This document shows, one piece after another, positions 29,745-38,570 of a DNA stretch of 55,398 bases; the first letter of the stretch is position 1; each line of letters opens with the position of its first letter. The DNA comes from Candidatus Kapaibacterium sp. (lineage in GTDB: Bacteria > Bacteroidota > Ignavibacteria > Kapaibacteriales > UBA2268). The translations under genes were made by a program, and so were the position numbers. Where the stretch lies: positions 1 to 55,398 of the forward strand of contig CALKJQ010000060.1 in assembly GCA_937995785.1 (NCBI GenBank), in the 5' to 3' direction. Under the pieces are notes generated by a model that ran no database searches, was not told the DNA's origin, and saw nothing but the letters and a program-made list of their open reading frames with translations.

Positions 29745-29994
29745 TATCCTCCTCCATTATTTCTTCTTCAATTTGGTTCAAATATTCAAAATACGATTCA
29801 CATAAGTAGCGGAATTCCTCCAATTTGTCGGCTGATATTAATTTCAAATTTCTTATTTCATCCAAAAATTGGTTTTGCAAAATGCAAACCACATCGTTCC
29901 CTATTCTCTTGTTTGTAGGTTGGAAAAATTGATTGTCGGGCAAACTAATACTCACCATTTCTTTTTGGCTTAATATTTTTTTAGTTCTATACAT
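29725..29994 (-). CDS. Hypothetical protein with acidic C-terminus
   Basis: 89 aa, GGAG RBS upstream, overlaps the start of the Mor-like gene by 20 nt. Confidence 0.65.
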   Translation of the reverse strand: MYRTKKILSQKEMVSISLPDNQFFQPTNKRIGNDVVCILQNQFLDEIRNLKLISADKLEEFRYLCESYFEYLNQIEEEIMEEDNDERYL

Positions 29995-30013
29995 TTTTTA
30001 CTCCAATTTTTTG

Positions 30014-30057
30014 TAATTTTGTAATAAATAATAATGTAAATAATAATTACAAAAATA
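30014..30057. promoter_or_regulatory. Face-to-face pair of Bacteroidota-type -7 promoter boxes
   Basis: TAATTTTG on + at 30014-30021 and TATTTTTG on - at 30050-30057, both followed by TAAT. Confidence 0.5.
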
Positions 30058-30109
30058 TGTAAAAAATACATAAATAAAAAGTAAATTATTCATAAAATAT
30101 AGAAAAGTT

Positions 30110-30538
30110 TTGAACATTTTAAACAAACAAATAGGGGCGAGATTGCGGTTAATTCGTTCGATTTTCAACGAAGGTGGCAAACTTTCAGCAGAACAATTCG
30201 CTTATTTGCTTAATCAAAATACAGATAAAATTCTAAATTACGAACTTGGGCGTGCCGCTGTTCCATTAGAGTTACTAATCATTCTTTACGAGCGTGGTTA
30301 TAATCCAACATTTATTCTCACGGGCAAGGAATCAATCTTTGCAAATAATTCAGAAGGAAAAAAGAGAAAGAAGGAATTGGAAAATCGAGGTGTCAATATC
30401 AAAAATGTGATTGATAAAAATATCGTTAGTATCGATAATTTGGGCGATAGTTCAACAAAATTACCAGTGATAAGCGTTGCCGCTGGCAAAATCCAAACTA
30501 AATCGAAGAGAGAAAACCTCCATCAACCGGAAAGTTAA
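30110..30538 (+). CDS. XRE-family helix-turn-helix regulator, phage-repressor-like
   Basis: IGARLRLIR, SAEQFA, NYELGR, NPTFILTG. TTG start. The 3' end overlaps the convergent SDR gene by 41 nt. Confidence 0.8.
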   Translation: MNILNKQIGARLRLIRSIFNEGGKLSAEQFAYLLNQNTDKILNYELGRAAVPLELLIILYERGYNPTFILTGKESIFANNSEGKKRKKELENRGVNIKNVIDKNIVSIDNLGDSSTKLPVISVAAGKIQTKSKRENLHQPES

Positions 30539-31286
30539 TTCCATTGACGTAAGCCGCATATTCCGAAGCCAAAAAGGTAGCTGCATAGCCAATTTCTTCG
30601 GGTTTGCCTATTCTTCCGACGGGCACCTGACTTTGGCGGAATTGCATCTCTGCTTCGAAACTAATGCCCTTGCGTTTTGCCTCGGTATCAATCAACGAAA
30701 TTAATCTGTCAGTTAAAATAAATCCAGGAAGAATGTTATTCACAGTAATTCCATAAGGGGCTAATTCTCTCGATAGGGTTTTTGCCCAGCTGGTAACAGC
30801 CCCTCGTAATGTGTTGCTCACGCCCAAATTTGGTATAGGCTGCTTGGCACCAATAGAAGTTATGTTGATAATTCGCCCATAAAATTGTTCAACCATTCCG
30901 GGTTTAACAACATCCAAAACAATTTGAAAGGCAAATAATTGCTGGCGAAATGCCGCTTCGTATTCCTCCACTCGTGCATTAATTGCAAATCCTGCCGAAG
31001 GTCCACCCGAATTATTCACAACAATCGAAAAATTGCCAAATTGCTCCAACTTATTTTGCAATTCCAAACGAAGTTGCTCCAAATTGCTAATGTCGATGGC
31101 GAGGTAATCGAATCGTTGATTATATTTTTCTTGCAATTGCTTAATTACTTTCTGAAGTTTATTCTCGCGGCGTGCAACCAAAAGCAAATTTGCGCCACTT
31201 TCGGCAAATTGTTCCGCAATAGCCAAGCCAAGTCCTGCCGAAGCACCCAAGACAAGTGCATTACGATTGGAAAGATTAATTTTCAT
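30498..31286 (-). CDS. SDR family oxidoreductase, 3-oxoacyl-ACP reductase-like
   Basis: GASAGLG, NNSGGP, SNTLR variant active site, TVNNILPG, VDGG. Confidence 0.92.
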   Translation of the reverse strand: MKINLSNRNALVLGASAGLGLAIAEQFAESGANLLLVARRENKLQKVIKQLQEKYNQRFDYLAIDISNLEQLRLELQNKLEQFGNFSIVVNNSGGPSAGFAINARVEEYEAAFRQQLFAFQIVLDVVKPGMVEQFYGRIINITSIGAKQPIPNLGVSNTLRGAVTSWAKTLSRELAPYGITVNNILPGFILTDRLISLIDTEAKRKGISFEAEMQFRQSQVPVGRIGKPEEIGYAATFLASEYAAYVNGINFPVDGGFLSSI

Positions 31287-31347
31287 ATATTTTTAACAAA
31301 ATTATTTACTCAAGATTATTATTGATTGAATATTATTCTTCGTCAAA

Positions 31348-32904
31348 TTAATGTTTAAAGTGGCGAATACCGGTAAAAGCCATTGCTATATTGTGTTCGT
31401 CTGCAGCTTTAATCACTTCGTCGTCGCGAACCGAACCACCTGGTTGAATTACTGCCGTTGCACCTGCCTCGACTGCTTTAAGCAAACCGTCAGCAAATGG
31501 GAAAAAAGCATCGCTTGCAACAACTGACCCTTGCAAATCGATACCCATCAATTTTGCTTTTTCGACTGCTATGCGAGCAGAATCAACTCGGGACATCTGT
31601 CCCGCACCAACTGCAAGTGTTCGGTCGGCTTCGCAATAAACAATGGCATTGGATTTTACGTGCTTTGCCACTTTCCATCCAAACAACATTGCCTTCATTT
31701 CGTTATCGCTTGGTTTGCGGTTTGTTACTATTTTCATTGTTTCGTTATCTATCAAAATGTTGTTTGGTGATTGCACTAAATAACCTCCCGAAACCGACTT
31801 AAAGTCGTTGGAACGAAGATTGACAAATCTATCAATATTCACTTTAAGCAATCGGCGATTTTTCTTTTTTGTTAATAATTCCAATGCTTCGTTCGAAAAA
31901 GAAGGTGCAATTAGAACTTCTGTAAAAATTTCATCAATTTCTTTGGCAAGTTCCAAATTAAGTTCCGCATTCATTGCAATCACCCCACCAAAAGGCGATT
32001 CTTTATCGGTGGCAAAAGCCTTTTCCCAAGCTTTAGTTATATCTGATGGGTCGCTGCCCACTCCGCAAGGGTTAGTGTGTTTGATGATTGCAACAGTTGG
32101 CTCGTCGAACTCGCTTATTAAATCAACAGCGGCATTAATATCCACAATATTATTAAAGGATAATTCCTTTCCGTGCAATTGTGTGAATATAGTGTTAAAA
32201 TTACCATAGAGAGCGGCTTCTTGGTGTGGATTTTCGCCATATCGTAAGCTTTGCTCCAACTTCATTCCAATTGTATATTTGTCGGGCGTATGGATTTGGT
32301 TATAGGAATTGAAATAACCTGCAATTAAACTATCGTAATATGCAGTTTCTTGGAATACTTCGCCCGCAAGTTCCAACCGAACCTTTTCGGGTATGGTCAT
32401 ATTATTCGTTTTTAATAGTTCAATTATCTGACCATATCTTTTAGGATTGATTATCGGTGCTGTCCATTTATAGTTTTTGGCAGCTGCCCTAAGCATAGTG
32501 GGACCTCCGATATCGATATTCTCGACCAATTCGTCGTGTTCGATGTCGGGAGTGTTTAGTTTTTGTTCGAATGGATAAAGATTAACTACCAATATATCAA
32601 TCGATTTGTAGTTAAATTTTGCCAATTGTTCCAAATGTTCTCGATTGTCCAATTGGGCTAATAATCCCGAATGAATTGCCGGGTGCAAAGTTTTCACTCG
32701 TCCATCGAAACACTCGGGAAACTGAGTTAATTCCGTTATCGATTTTACTTTAATTCCCTCATTTCTCAAAGTTTTCTCAGTTCCTCCCGTCGAAAAAATC
32801 TCAATACCCATCGTATCGAGTTCTTTGGCAAATTCAATAATTCCGTTTTTATCGGAAACCGAGATAATAGCAGTTTTTACTTGATAATTATTACAATTTA
32901 ACAT
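31348..32904 (-). CDS. purH: Bifunctional AICAR transformylase / IMP cyclohydrolase
   Basis: [53 protein letters not shown]. Confidence 0.98.
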   Translation of the reverse strand: MLNCNNYQVKTAIISVSDKNGIIEFAKELDTMGIEIFSTGGTEKTLRNEGIKVKSITELTQFPECFDGRVKTLHPAIHSGLLAQLDNREHLEQLAKFNYKSIDILVVNLYPFEQKLNTPDIEHDELVENIDIGGPTMLRAAAKNYKWTAPIINPKRYGQIIELLKTNNMTIPEKVRLELAGEVFQETAYYDSLIAGYFNSYNQIHTPDKYTIGMKLEQSLRYGENPHQEAALYGNFNTIFTQLHGKELSFNNIVDINAAVDLISEFDEPTVAIIKHTNPCGVGSDPSDITKAWEKAFATDKESPFGGVIAMNAELNLELAKEIDEIFTEVLIAPSFSNEALELLTKKKNRRLLKVNIDRFVNLRSNDFKSVSGGYLVQSPNNILIDNETMKIVTNRKPSDNEMKAMLFGWKVAKHVKSNAIVYCEADRTLAVGAGQMSRVDSARIAVEKAKLMGIDLQGSVVASDAFFPFADGLLKAVEAGATAVIQPGGSVRDDEVIKAADEHNIAMAFTGIRHFKH

Positions 32905-32939
32905 CTTTATTATCCTTATTAATTGATATCAAAATTAAT

Positions 32940-33266
32940 TTATTCTTTATCTGTTGCATCTTTGGATTTGGTGGAATCGATTATTTGCTGATACTCTTTC
33001 TTTGCTGAATTGCGAAGAGAATCAATTGTTCGAATGAAATCTTTTTCCTTTGCTGCTAATTCAAAGAAATCGCGGCGGAATTGTTGCTCGGTGTAGCCAT
33101 TCTTTTTCAAAATTTCCATAACTTTGGCATTAGCTGCGAGCGAATCATTAGTTTCTGCACGAGCATTCAAAATTTGTCGGTAGGTATTATAAAATCTCAC
33201 TTTCTCGCTATTATATTCACAAGAAATAAGGGATAAAACCAATACGAAAGAAATTAATATTTTCAT
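32940..33266 (-). CDS. Small helical lipoprotein, hypothetical
   Basis: ATG 33266 gives MKILISFVLVLSLISC with a lipobox (track start is 33275). Confidence 0.75.
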   Translation of the reverse strand: MKILISFVLVLSLISCEYNSEKVRFYNTYRQILNARAETNDSLAANAKVMEILKKNGYTEQQFRRDFFELAAKEKDFIRTIDSLRNSAKKEYQQIIDSTKSKDATDKE

Positions 33267-33309
33267 TAAATCCAAAAAAACTAAATTAAGAAAAAATATA
33301 CAGAAAAAT

Positions 33310-33624
33310 CTATAATTCTAATTCAATTAGCAAATCGTTCTTTGCAACTCTTTGTTCGGTTTTAACATAAATTTTTTTCACTTTGCCACTAATAGGCGAG
33401 AAAATGCGATTCTTCATTTTCATTGCTTCCAACACAAGCAATTTGTCGCCTTTTTTAACCATCTCGCCTTGTTGAACCGAAATTTCGCGTATTGTTCCGG
33501 GAATAAAAGCCCTTATTTCATTATTTTTTTCGCCACTATAGGTTTTACGAAGTTCAAATTTTTTGGTAAACTTAGTGCTATAGGTACTATCATCAATTAT
33601 CAATTTTTTTAATTCATTATTCAT
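33310..33624 (-). CDS. Biotin carboxyl carrier protein
   Basis: IPGTI and EAMKM biotinylation motif. AGGAG RBS. Confidence 0.93.
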   Translation of the reverse strand: MNNELKKLIIDDSTYSTKFTKKFELRKTYSGEKNNEIRAFIPGTIREISVQQGEMVKKGDKLLVLEAMKMKNRIFSPISGKVKKIYVKTEQRVAKNDLLIELEL

Positions 33625-33638
33625 TTTTCATACTCCTA

Positions 33639-35180
33639 TTAAAATGGCGGGATGCCATGCTTTTTCTTTGGATTTTCCACTGATTTATTCGAACCAATTT
33701 GCATAGCATGGATTATATATTCGCGTGTTTCTTCGGGGCTAATCACGGCATCCACATAGCCCGCCGAAGCAGCTTTGTAGGGGTTAGCGAACTTTTCGGT
33801 ATATTCCTGAACTTTCTGTTTTCTCATTTCGTCTGGATTTGGTGCCGATTCAATTTCCTTTTTGAAAATAATGTTGGCTGCACCTTCGGGACCCATAACT
33901 GCTATTTCGGCTGTGGGCCAAGCAAAAACGAAATCGGCAGCCAAATGTCGAGAGCACATAGCTATGTAACCACCACCATAAGCCTTACGCATTATCACAG
34001 TCATTTTCAATACAGTAGCTTCGCTATATGCATAAAGAACTTTGGCACCGTGGCGGATAACACCAGCGTGTTCTTGGTCAACTCCGGGCAAGTATCCGGG
34101 CAAATCGACGAGAGTGAGAATAGGGATATTAAAACTATCGCAAAAGCGTATAAATCGAGCCGCTTTGTCCGACGAGTCCACATCCAAGACGCCCGCAAGA
34201 ACAAGTGGCTGATTGGCAACCACACCTACTGTCTCACCATTCATCCTAATAAAACCAATCACAATATTGGATGCCCAATATTTTTGGATTTCCAAAAACT
34301 TCGACTCGTCCGAAAGTGCTTGGATAACATCGCGAACATCGTAGGGTTCGGTGTTATCTTTGGGTAATACATTAGCAATATTTCTCTCGGCTTTTGGTGG
34401 TTTTGGCGGGAATGGATCGGCTTTTTTGCGGTTGTTCCAAGGGATATAAGTAACCAACTGCTTGATTTGCTCGAAGCATTCCTGCTCCGACTCTGCATAA
34501 AAGTGAGCATTACCCGAAATTTCGGCTTGCACTCGAGCACCACCCAAATCTTCCATCGATATTTCTTCGCCTAAAACTGTTTTAATCACTTCGGGACCGG
34601 TGATAAACATTTTGGATATTTTATCGACAACGAAAACGAAATCGGTTAATGCCGGCGAATAAACTGCACCTCCCGCACAAGGACCTAGGATAACCGAAAT
34701 TTGGGGAATTACTCCCGAAGCTCTTGTATTTCGATAAAATATCTCTCCATAACCTGCCAATGAGTTCACGCCCTCTTGGATGCGTGCTCCACCCGAATCG
34801 TTGATGCCAATTAAGGGTAAGCCCAAATTCATTGCGTGGTCCATTATTTTTGTGATTTTACGGGCATGAGCTAATCCCAAAGAACCTCCCGCAACCGAAA
34901 AGTCCTGTGCGTAAATACAAACAGGAAAGCCCATTATTTTGCCCGTTCCCGTCAATACTCCATCGCGAGGCAACTCCTTCTTATCCATACCAAAATCTTC
35001 GGCTTGATGCTGAACAAATAAATCATATTCGTGGAAGGTCCCCGGATCCAATATCTCTTCAATGCGTTGGCGAGCACTCAGTTTGCCCATTTTTTCTTGC
35101 TTTTGTTTTGCTATTATTTCTACTTCTTTAACTTCTGATTTCTTTTTAAAGAAGTCCATTATTCTTGATGCTAAGGACAT
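33639..35180 (-). CDS. Acyl-CoA carboxylase carboxyltransferase subunit (PccB/MmdA type)
   Basis: GKLSARQRI, QDFSVAGGSLG, DSGGARIQEG, GPCAGGAVYSP, RKAYGG, KKHGIPPF. ATG 35180 follows GGAG (track start is 35195). Confidence 0.95.
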   Translation of the reverse strand: MSLASRIMDFFKKKSEVKEVEIIAKQKQEKMGKLSARQRIEEILDPGTFHEYDLFVQHQAEDFGMDKKELPRDGVLTGTGKIMGFPVCIYAQDFSVAGGSLGLAHARKITKIMDHAMNLGLPLIGINDSGGARIQEGVNSLAGYGEIFYRNTRASGVIPQISVILGPCAGGAVYSPALTDFVFVVDKISKMFITGPEVIKTVLGEEISMEDLGGARVQAEISGNAHFYAESEQECFEQIKQLVTYIPWNNRKKADPFPPKPPKAERNIANVLPKDNTEPYDVRDVIQALSDESKFLEIQKYWASNIVIGFIRMNGETVGVVANQPLVLAGVLDVDSSDKAARFIRFCDSFNIPILTLVDLPGYLPGVDQEHAGVIRHGAKVLYAYSEATVLKMTVIMRKAYGGGYIAMCSRHLAADFVFAWPTAEIAVMGPEGAANIIFKKEIESAPNPDEMRKQKVQEYTEKFANPYKAASAGYVDAVISPEETREYIIHAMQIGSNKSVENPKKKHGIPPF

Positions 35181-35397
35181 TTTAAATTCTCCCATCTATT
35201 TCAAATAATATAAGATTACAAAATTATGTAAGAATAAGTAAATATGCTTAAATATTAAAAATTATTAATATAAAGATAGATATTTTAGTTTGCAAAATGA
35301 TTTTCTAATACACATATAATGTAATTAGTTATATAGAATTGGTAATTCAGTATATTAATCAATATACGCAGTATTAAAAGGTAATTCTTATTAATTT

Positions 35398-36468
35398 CTA
35401 CTTTCTTAATAATTCAAGACAATTTAAAAAATCATCAGGTAATTCGGAACTTAACTGAATTTTTTCATTTGTTGCGGGGTGGGTAAACCCAAGAGTTCGA
35501 GCGTGAAGCATTTGGTGGGTTGCTATTTTTAGCAATTCCATTGATTTGTTGCGATACGAGGGAAATTCACCGCCATAAACTATTTTGTTGCCGCCATAAA
35601 GTTCATCGCCCAATATAGGGTGGCGGTTATGGCTCGAATGAACCCTTATTTGATGTGTGCGTCCAGTGTGAAGTTTGTATTTTACCAAGGAATGGTAATC
35701 GAATGATTCTTGAACAAAATAATCTGTTCGTGCGTGTTTGCCACCTTTGCGGACAACTGCAAACATTTTACGATTATTAGGTGAGCGTCCTATATCGCCC
35801 GTGTATGTGCCCTCGCTTTCGGAATACTTGCCCCAACAAATTGCCCAATATTCACGGTCTATGGTGTGTTTGGCAAATTGTGCGGCAAGTTTGGCGTGAG
35901 TAACCGGATCCTTTGCAACAAGCAACAATCCCGAAGTATCCTTGTCGATTCGATGGACTATGCCAGGGCGTACTTCGTCGCTAATCATTATGCGAGTTTC
36001 TTCGTCCAAATCATCTTCTTCGTCTTCGTCGTCCAATTCTATCGAAATTGCCTCGCGTTTACCCAAATAATATAGAATTGCGTTTACCATTGTGCCATAT
36101 CTATTGCCAAAGCCGGGATGGACAACCATACCAGCAGGTTTGTTCACCACCATTAAGTATTCGTCCTCGTAAACAACTTTGATTGGAATATCCTGTGGGA
36201 TTAATTGCATAGGTGGTGGCTTCAATATTCGGCAAACGATGTGGTCCAATGGGTGGGTTTTTCTGCTCGATTTGGCAACTATTCCATTAACTGTAACTCG
36301 TCCGTCGTCGATTGCTTTTTGCACCTTGGTGCGAGTTGCGTTTTGCACCATTCGTGTGATATATTGGTCTAATCGTTCCGACTTCTGCCCTTTCGGTATT
36401 CGGAATTCAAAAATATGCTCAATGTATTCGGCTTTTGTTTCCGAGAGCTCGGATTTAGGTTTGTTCAT
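35398..36468 (-). CDS. rluD: RluA-family pseudouridine synthase with S4 domain
   Basis: RLD S4 domain, NKPAGMVVHP, HRIDKDTSG, TGRTHQIRVH, LHARTLGF. Confidence 0.93.
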   Translation of the reverse strand: MNKPKSELSETKAEYIEHIFEFRIPKGQKSERLDQYITRMVQNATRTKVQKAIDDGRVTVNGIVAKSSRKTHPLDHIVCRILKPPPMQLIPQDIPIKVVYEDEYLMVVNKPAGMVVHPGFGNRYGTMVNAILYYLGKREAISIELDDEDEEDDLDEETRIMISDEVRPGIVHRIDKDTSGLLLVAKDPVTHAKLAAQFAKHTIDREYWAICWGKYSESEGTYTGDIGRSPNNRKMFAVVRKGGKHARTDYFVQESFDYHSLVKYKLHTGRTHQIRVHSSHNRHPILGDELYGGNKIVYGGEFPSYRNKSMELLKIATHQMLHARTLGFTHPATNEKIQLSSELPDDFLNCLELLRK

Positions 36469-37096
36469 TGTTGGTCAGTTCCAATTTGTCGTCTGTTTTT
36501 TCGGGAGTCAACTTTTTCTTGAAAGTAAAGATTTCATTAAGCGAGGGAATGTGGTTATAGAATATTAATAGTGTTATTATTCCAATGGTTACGCAGGAAT
36601 CTGCAACGTTGAAAACCGGGAAATGGGTCATACTATAAAATCCCAAATCGATGTCGGGGACGTCCACTTGAACGAAATCGACGACTTTGCCATACAGTAA
36701 AGGTGCGTAGCCATAAAATATTCCGTAGAATACTCTATCTATTAAATTACCAAAAGCACCTGCCAAAATTAGCGAAAATCCGAGTTTCACACCGAAATGA
36801 GCATCTCTTATTTGCTTAATCAAATAAATAAGTGCAATACTTGCAATAATCGAAAAAGAACTCAAAAAGAACTTTCCAACAATCCCAAAATGTATTCCCC
36901 AAGCCATTCCTGGATTTTCGATGAAAGTGAGTTGAACGTAAGATCCAATTATAGGTATCAATTCTCCATAGTCCAATCCTTGGTGGTGAAATCCAAATAG
37001 GTCGAATCCCTTGACTAATACTTTGGTTATTTGGTCTAAAATAACTAAAATTCCTGCGGCTAAATAAAAATTTGATATGTTTTTTTGCTTGTCCAT
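36455..37096 (-). CDS. lspA: Lipoprotein signal peptidase II
   Basis: LDQITK, NPGMAWG, GAFGNLIDR, VVDF, FNVADS. Confidence 0.96.
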   Translation of the reverse strand: MDKQKNISNFYLAAGILVILDQITKVLVKGFDLFGFHHQGLDYGELIPIIGSYVQLTFIENPGMAWGIHFGIVGKFFLSSFSIIASIALIYLIKQIRDAHFGVKLGFSLILAGAFGNLIDRVFYGIFYGYAPLLYGKVVDFVQVDVPDIDLGFYSMTHFPVFNVADSCVTIGIITLLIFYNHIPSLNEIFTFKKKLTPEKTDDKLELTNNEQT

Positions 37097-37194
37097 TACT
37101 CTAAATAAAAAAATTCAAAATTACGATTAACATAAAAAAGTAAACGATTTTTCGTTCAAATTAGTTAATTTGCCATTGTTTATATGAAAAATTA

Positions 37195-38064
37195 ATGAGA
37201 AATATTATAGTATTCTATTTAATTTTTTTTGGAATAAATTCAATTTCGTTGTCGCAATTAAAAATCAACGAAGTAATGCACATTCCCGTTAATAAAGAAC
37301 CCGAATGGATTGAGTTAATCAATTTCCAGAATATATTTATCGATTCGCTCCAACTTGTTCTATCCGATACCAAGGGGAGTTTCCCATTTTTGATTAAAGA
37401 TGTGAAGCCCTATCAATACATCGTAGTAGTTAAGGATACGAATTTGTTGAAAAAATATCGGTTCATCGCCGACACAAGCAAGCTGCTACAGGCAAAAATA
37501 CCATCATTGAATAATACGGGTGATAGTTTGGTTCTTAGGAACAAAAATGGAGATTTAATTGATTTCTTTTACTTCGGAAAAGATTTTGGTAGAAATGGCA
37601 TCTCACTCGAAAGGATTTATCCCGATTTACCCGCCGACAATAAAGAAAATCTCCAACCTTCTAAATCAATTGATTCGGCAACATGCGGCAGAATTAATTC
37701 CCAAAGTTTTACAAATAAGGATACAAATAATCAAATTAATGCTGTGATTATAGAGCCAAATCCATTTTCTCCAAATTCCGAAAAGAATAAAACTAAAATC
37801 ACGATAAATTCTGATAATTACATAATTTATTTATCAATCAAAATATTTGATGTTAATGGAAATGAAATAAAAACACTTTATAAAAGTGATACTGGGGATA
37901 AATTTTCCCGAAAAGAAGTAGAATGGGACGGCACCAACAATCTTGGTAGTTTGGTAGGGGTGGGTGCCTATCCATTATTAATCGAATACGAAAAAATCGA
38001 ATACGAAAACCAAAGCAGAAATGATAAGGTTTCGATAAAAAAAATTATTGTGGTCGGACAATAA
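37195..38064 (+). CDS. Secreted lamin-tail-domain protein with FlgD-Ig/T9SS-like C-terminal domain
   Basis: INEVM, EPEWIEL, LNNTGD, SLERI, then PNPFSPN, IFDVNG, WDG and G.Y. Confidence 0.85.
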   Translation: MRNIIVFYLIFFGINSISLSQLKINEVMHIPVNKEPEWIELINFQNIFIDSLQLVLSDTKGSFPFLIKDVKPYQYIVVVKDTNLLKKYRFIADTSKLLQAKIPSLNNTGDSLVLRNKNGDLIDFFYFGKDFGRNGISLERIYPDLPADNKENLQPSKSIDSATCGRINSQSFTNKDTNNQINAVIIEPNPFSPNSEKNKTKITINSDNYIIYLSIKIFDVNGNEIKTLYKSDTGDKFSRKEVEWDGTNNLGSLVGVGAYPLLIEYEKIEYENQSRNDKVSIKKIIVVGQ

Positions 38065-38129
38065 AAAATTGAATAACTTAGCAAGAAATTTGTTAATTTG
38101 TTGTTTAGAAAAATCGTGAGGGATAAAAG

Positions 38130-38567
38130 ATGTTAAAGCAAACCAAAGTATCCGAAATAATGAGCCAGAATTTGTTCACAATCGAAATAACTGATACTCT
38201 ACGTCATGCCGACGAAATTATGAAACGCGAAAATGTTCGCTATGTGCCCGTTTTGGAAGGGAGTAAGTATATTGGATTGATTACCAATCATCGCATAATG
38301 GAATATACATTGCGCCACCTTTATGATTTTAACGAGGATGTGAACGAATTTGTTGAAACCCAAATCCTTGATTTCGAAAATATCATAGAAAAAAACCTAC
38401 ATCTACTCTATCCCGAGGATAGTATTCAAAAGGTTTTAGAACTTTTTGCAAAATATCGCTACGAAGTTTTGCCCGTTGTGGATTGGGACAAAAATTTGGT
38501 GGGCATTGTTAGCACAACCGACATTTTGCTTTTCATAAATAAATATATTCAAGAAGAAAGTCAATAA
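38130..38567 (+). CDS. CBS-pair domain protein
   Basis: VSEIMS, VPVL...GLIT, LPVVD...LVGIVSTTD. Confidence 0.92.
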   Translation: MLKQTKVSEIMSQNLFTIEITDTLRHADEIMKRENVRYVPVLEGSKYIGLITNHRIMEYTLRHLYDFNEDVNEFVETQILDFENIIEKNLHLLYPEDSIQKVLELFAKYRYEVLPVVDWDKNLVGIVSTTDILLFINKYIQEESQ

Positions 38568-38570
38568 TAT

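Noticed and set aside
29444-29809. 121-aa plus-strand ORF
   Set aside because: Antisense to the Mor-like and 89-aa genes, which have RBS and better protein-like features.
29400-30540. Intact prophage or integrative element
   Set aside because: No integrase, transposase, structural genes or att-like repeats seen. Only the regulatory module is reported.
33699-34367. 222-aa plus-strand ORF
   Set aside because: Fully antisense to the conserved carboxyltransferase gene, with no recognisable motifs. It is a shadow ORF.
33639-35180. Methylcrotonyl-CoA carboxylase feeding HMG-CoA to the mevalonate operon
   Set aside because: The motifs (GGARIQEG, GPCAGGAVYSP, KKHG.PP) fit PccB/MmdA better, and no liu genes are adjacent.
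35196-35397. ncRNA in the AT-rich gap between rluD and the carboxyltransferase
   Set aside because: No stable GC stem or known RNA motif. Only a promoter-like box is visible.
37980-38009. 15-bp tandem duplication (IEYEKIEYEN) as a phase-variation tract
   Set aside because: Two in-frame copies only, most likely a neutral slippage event.
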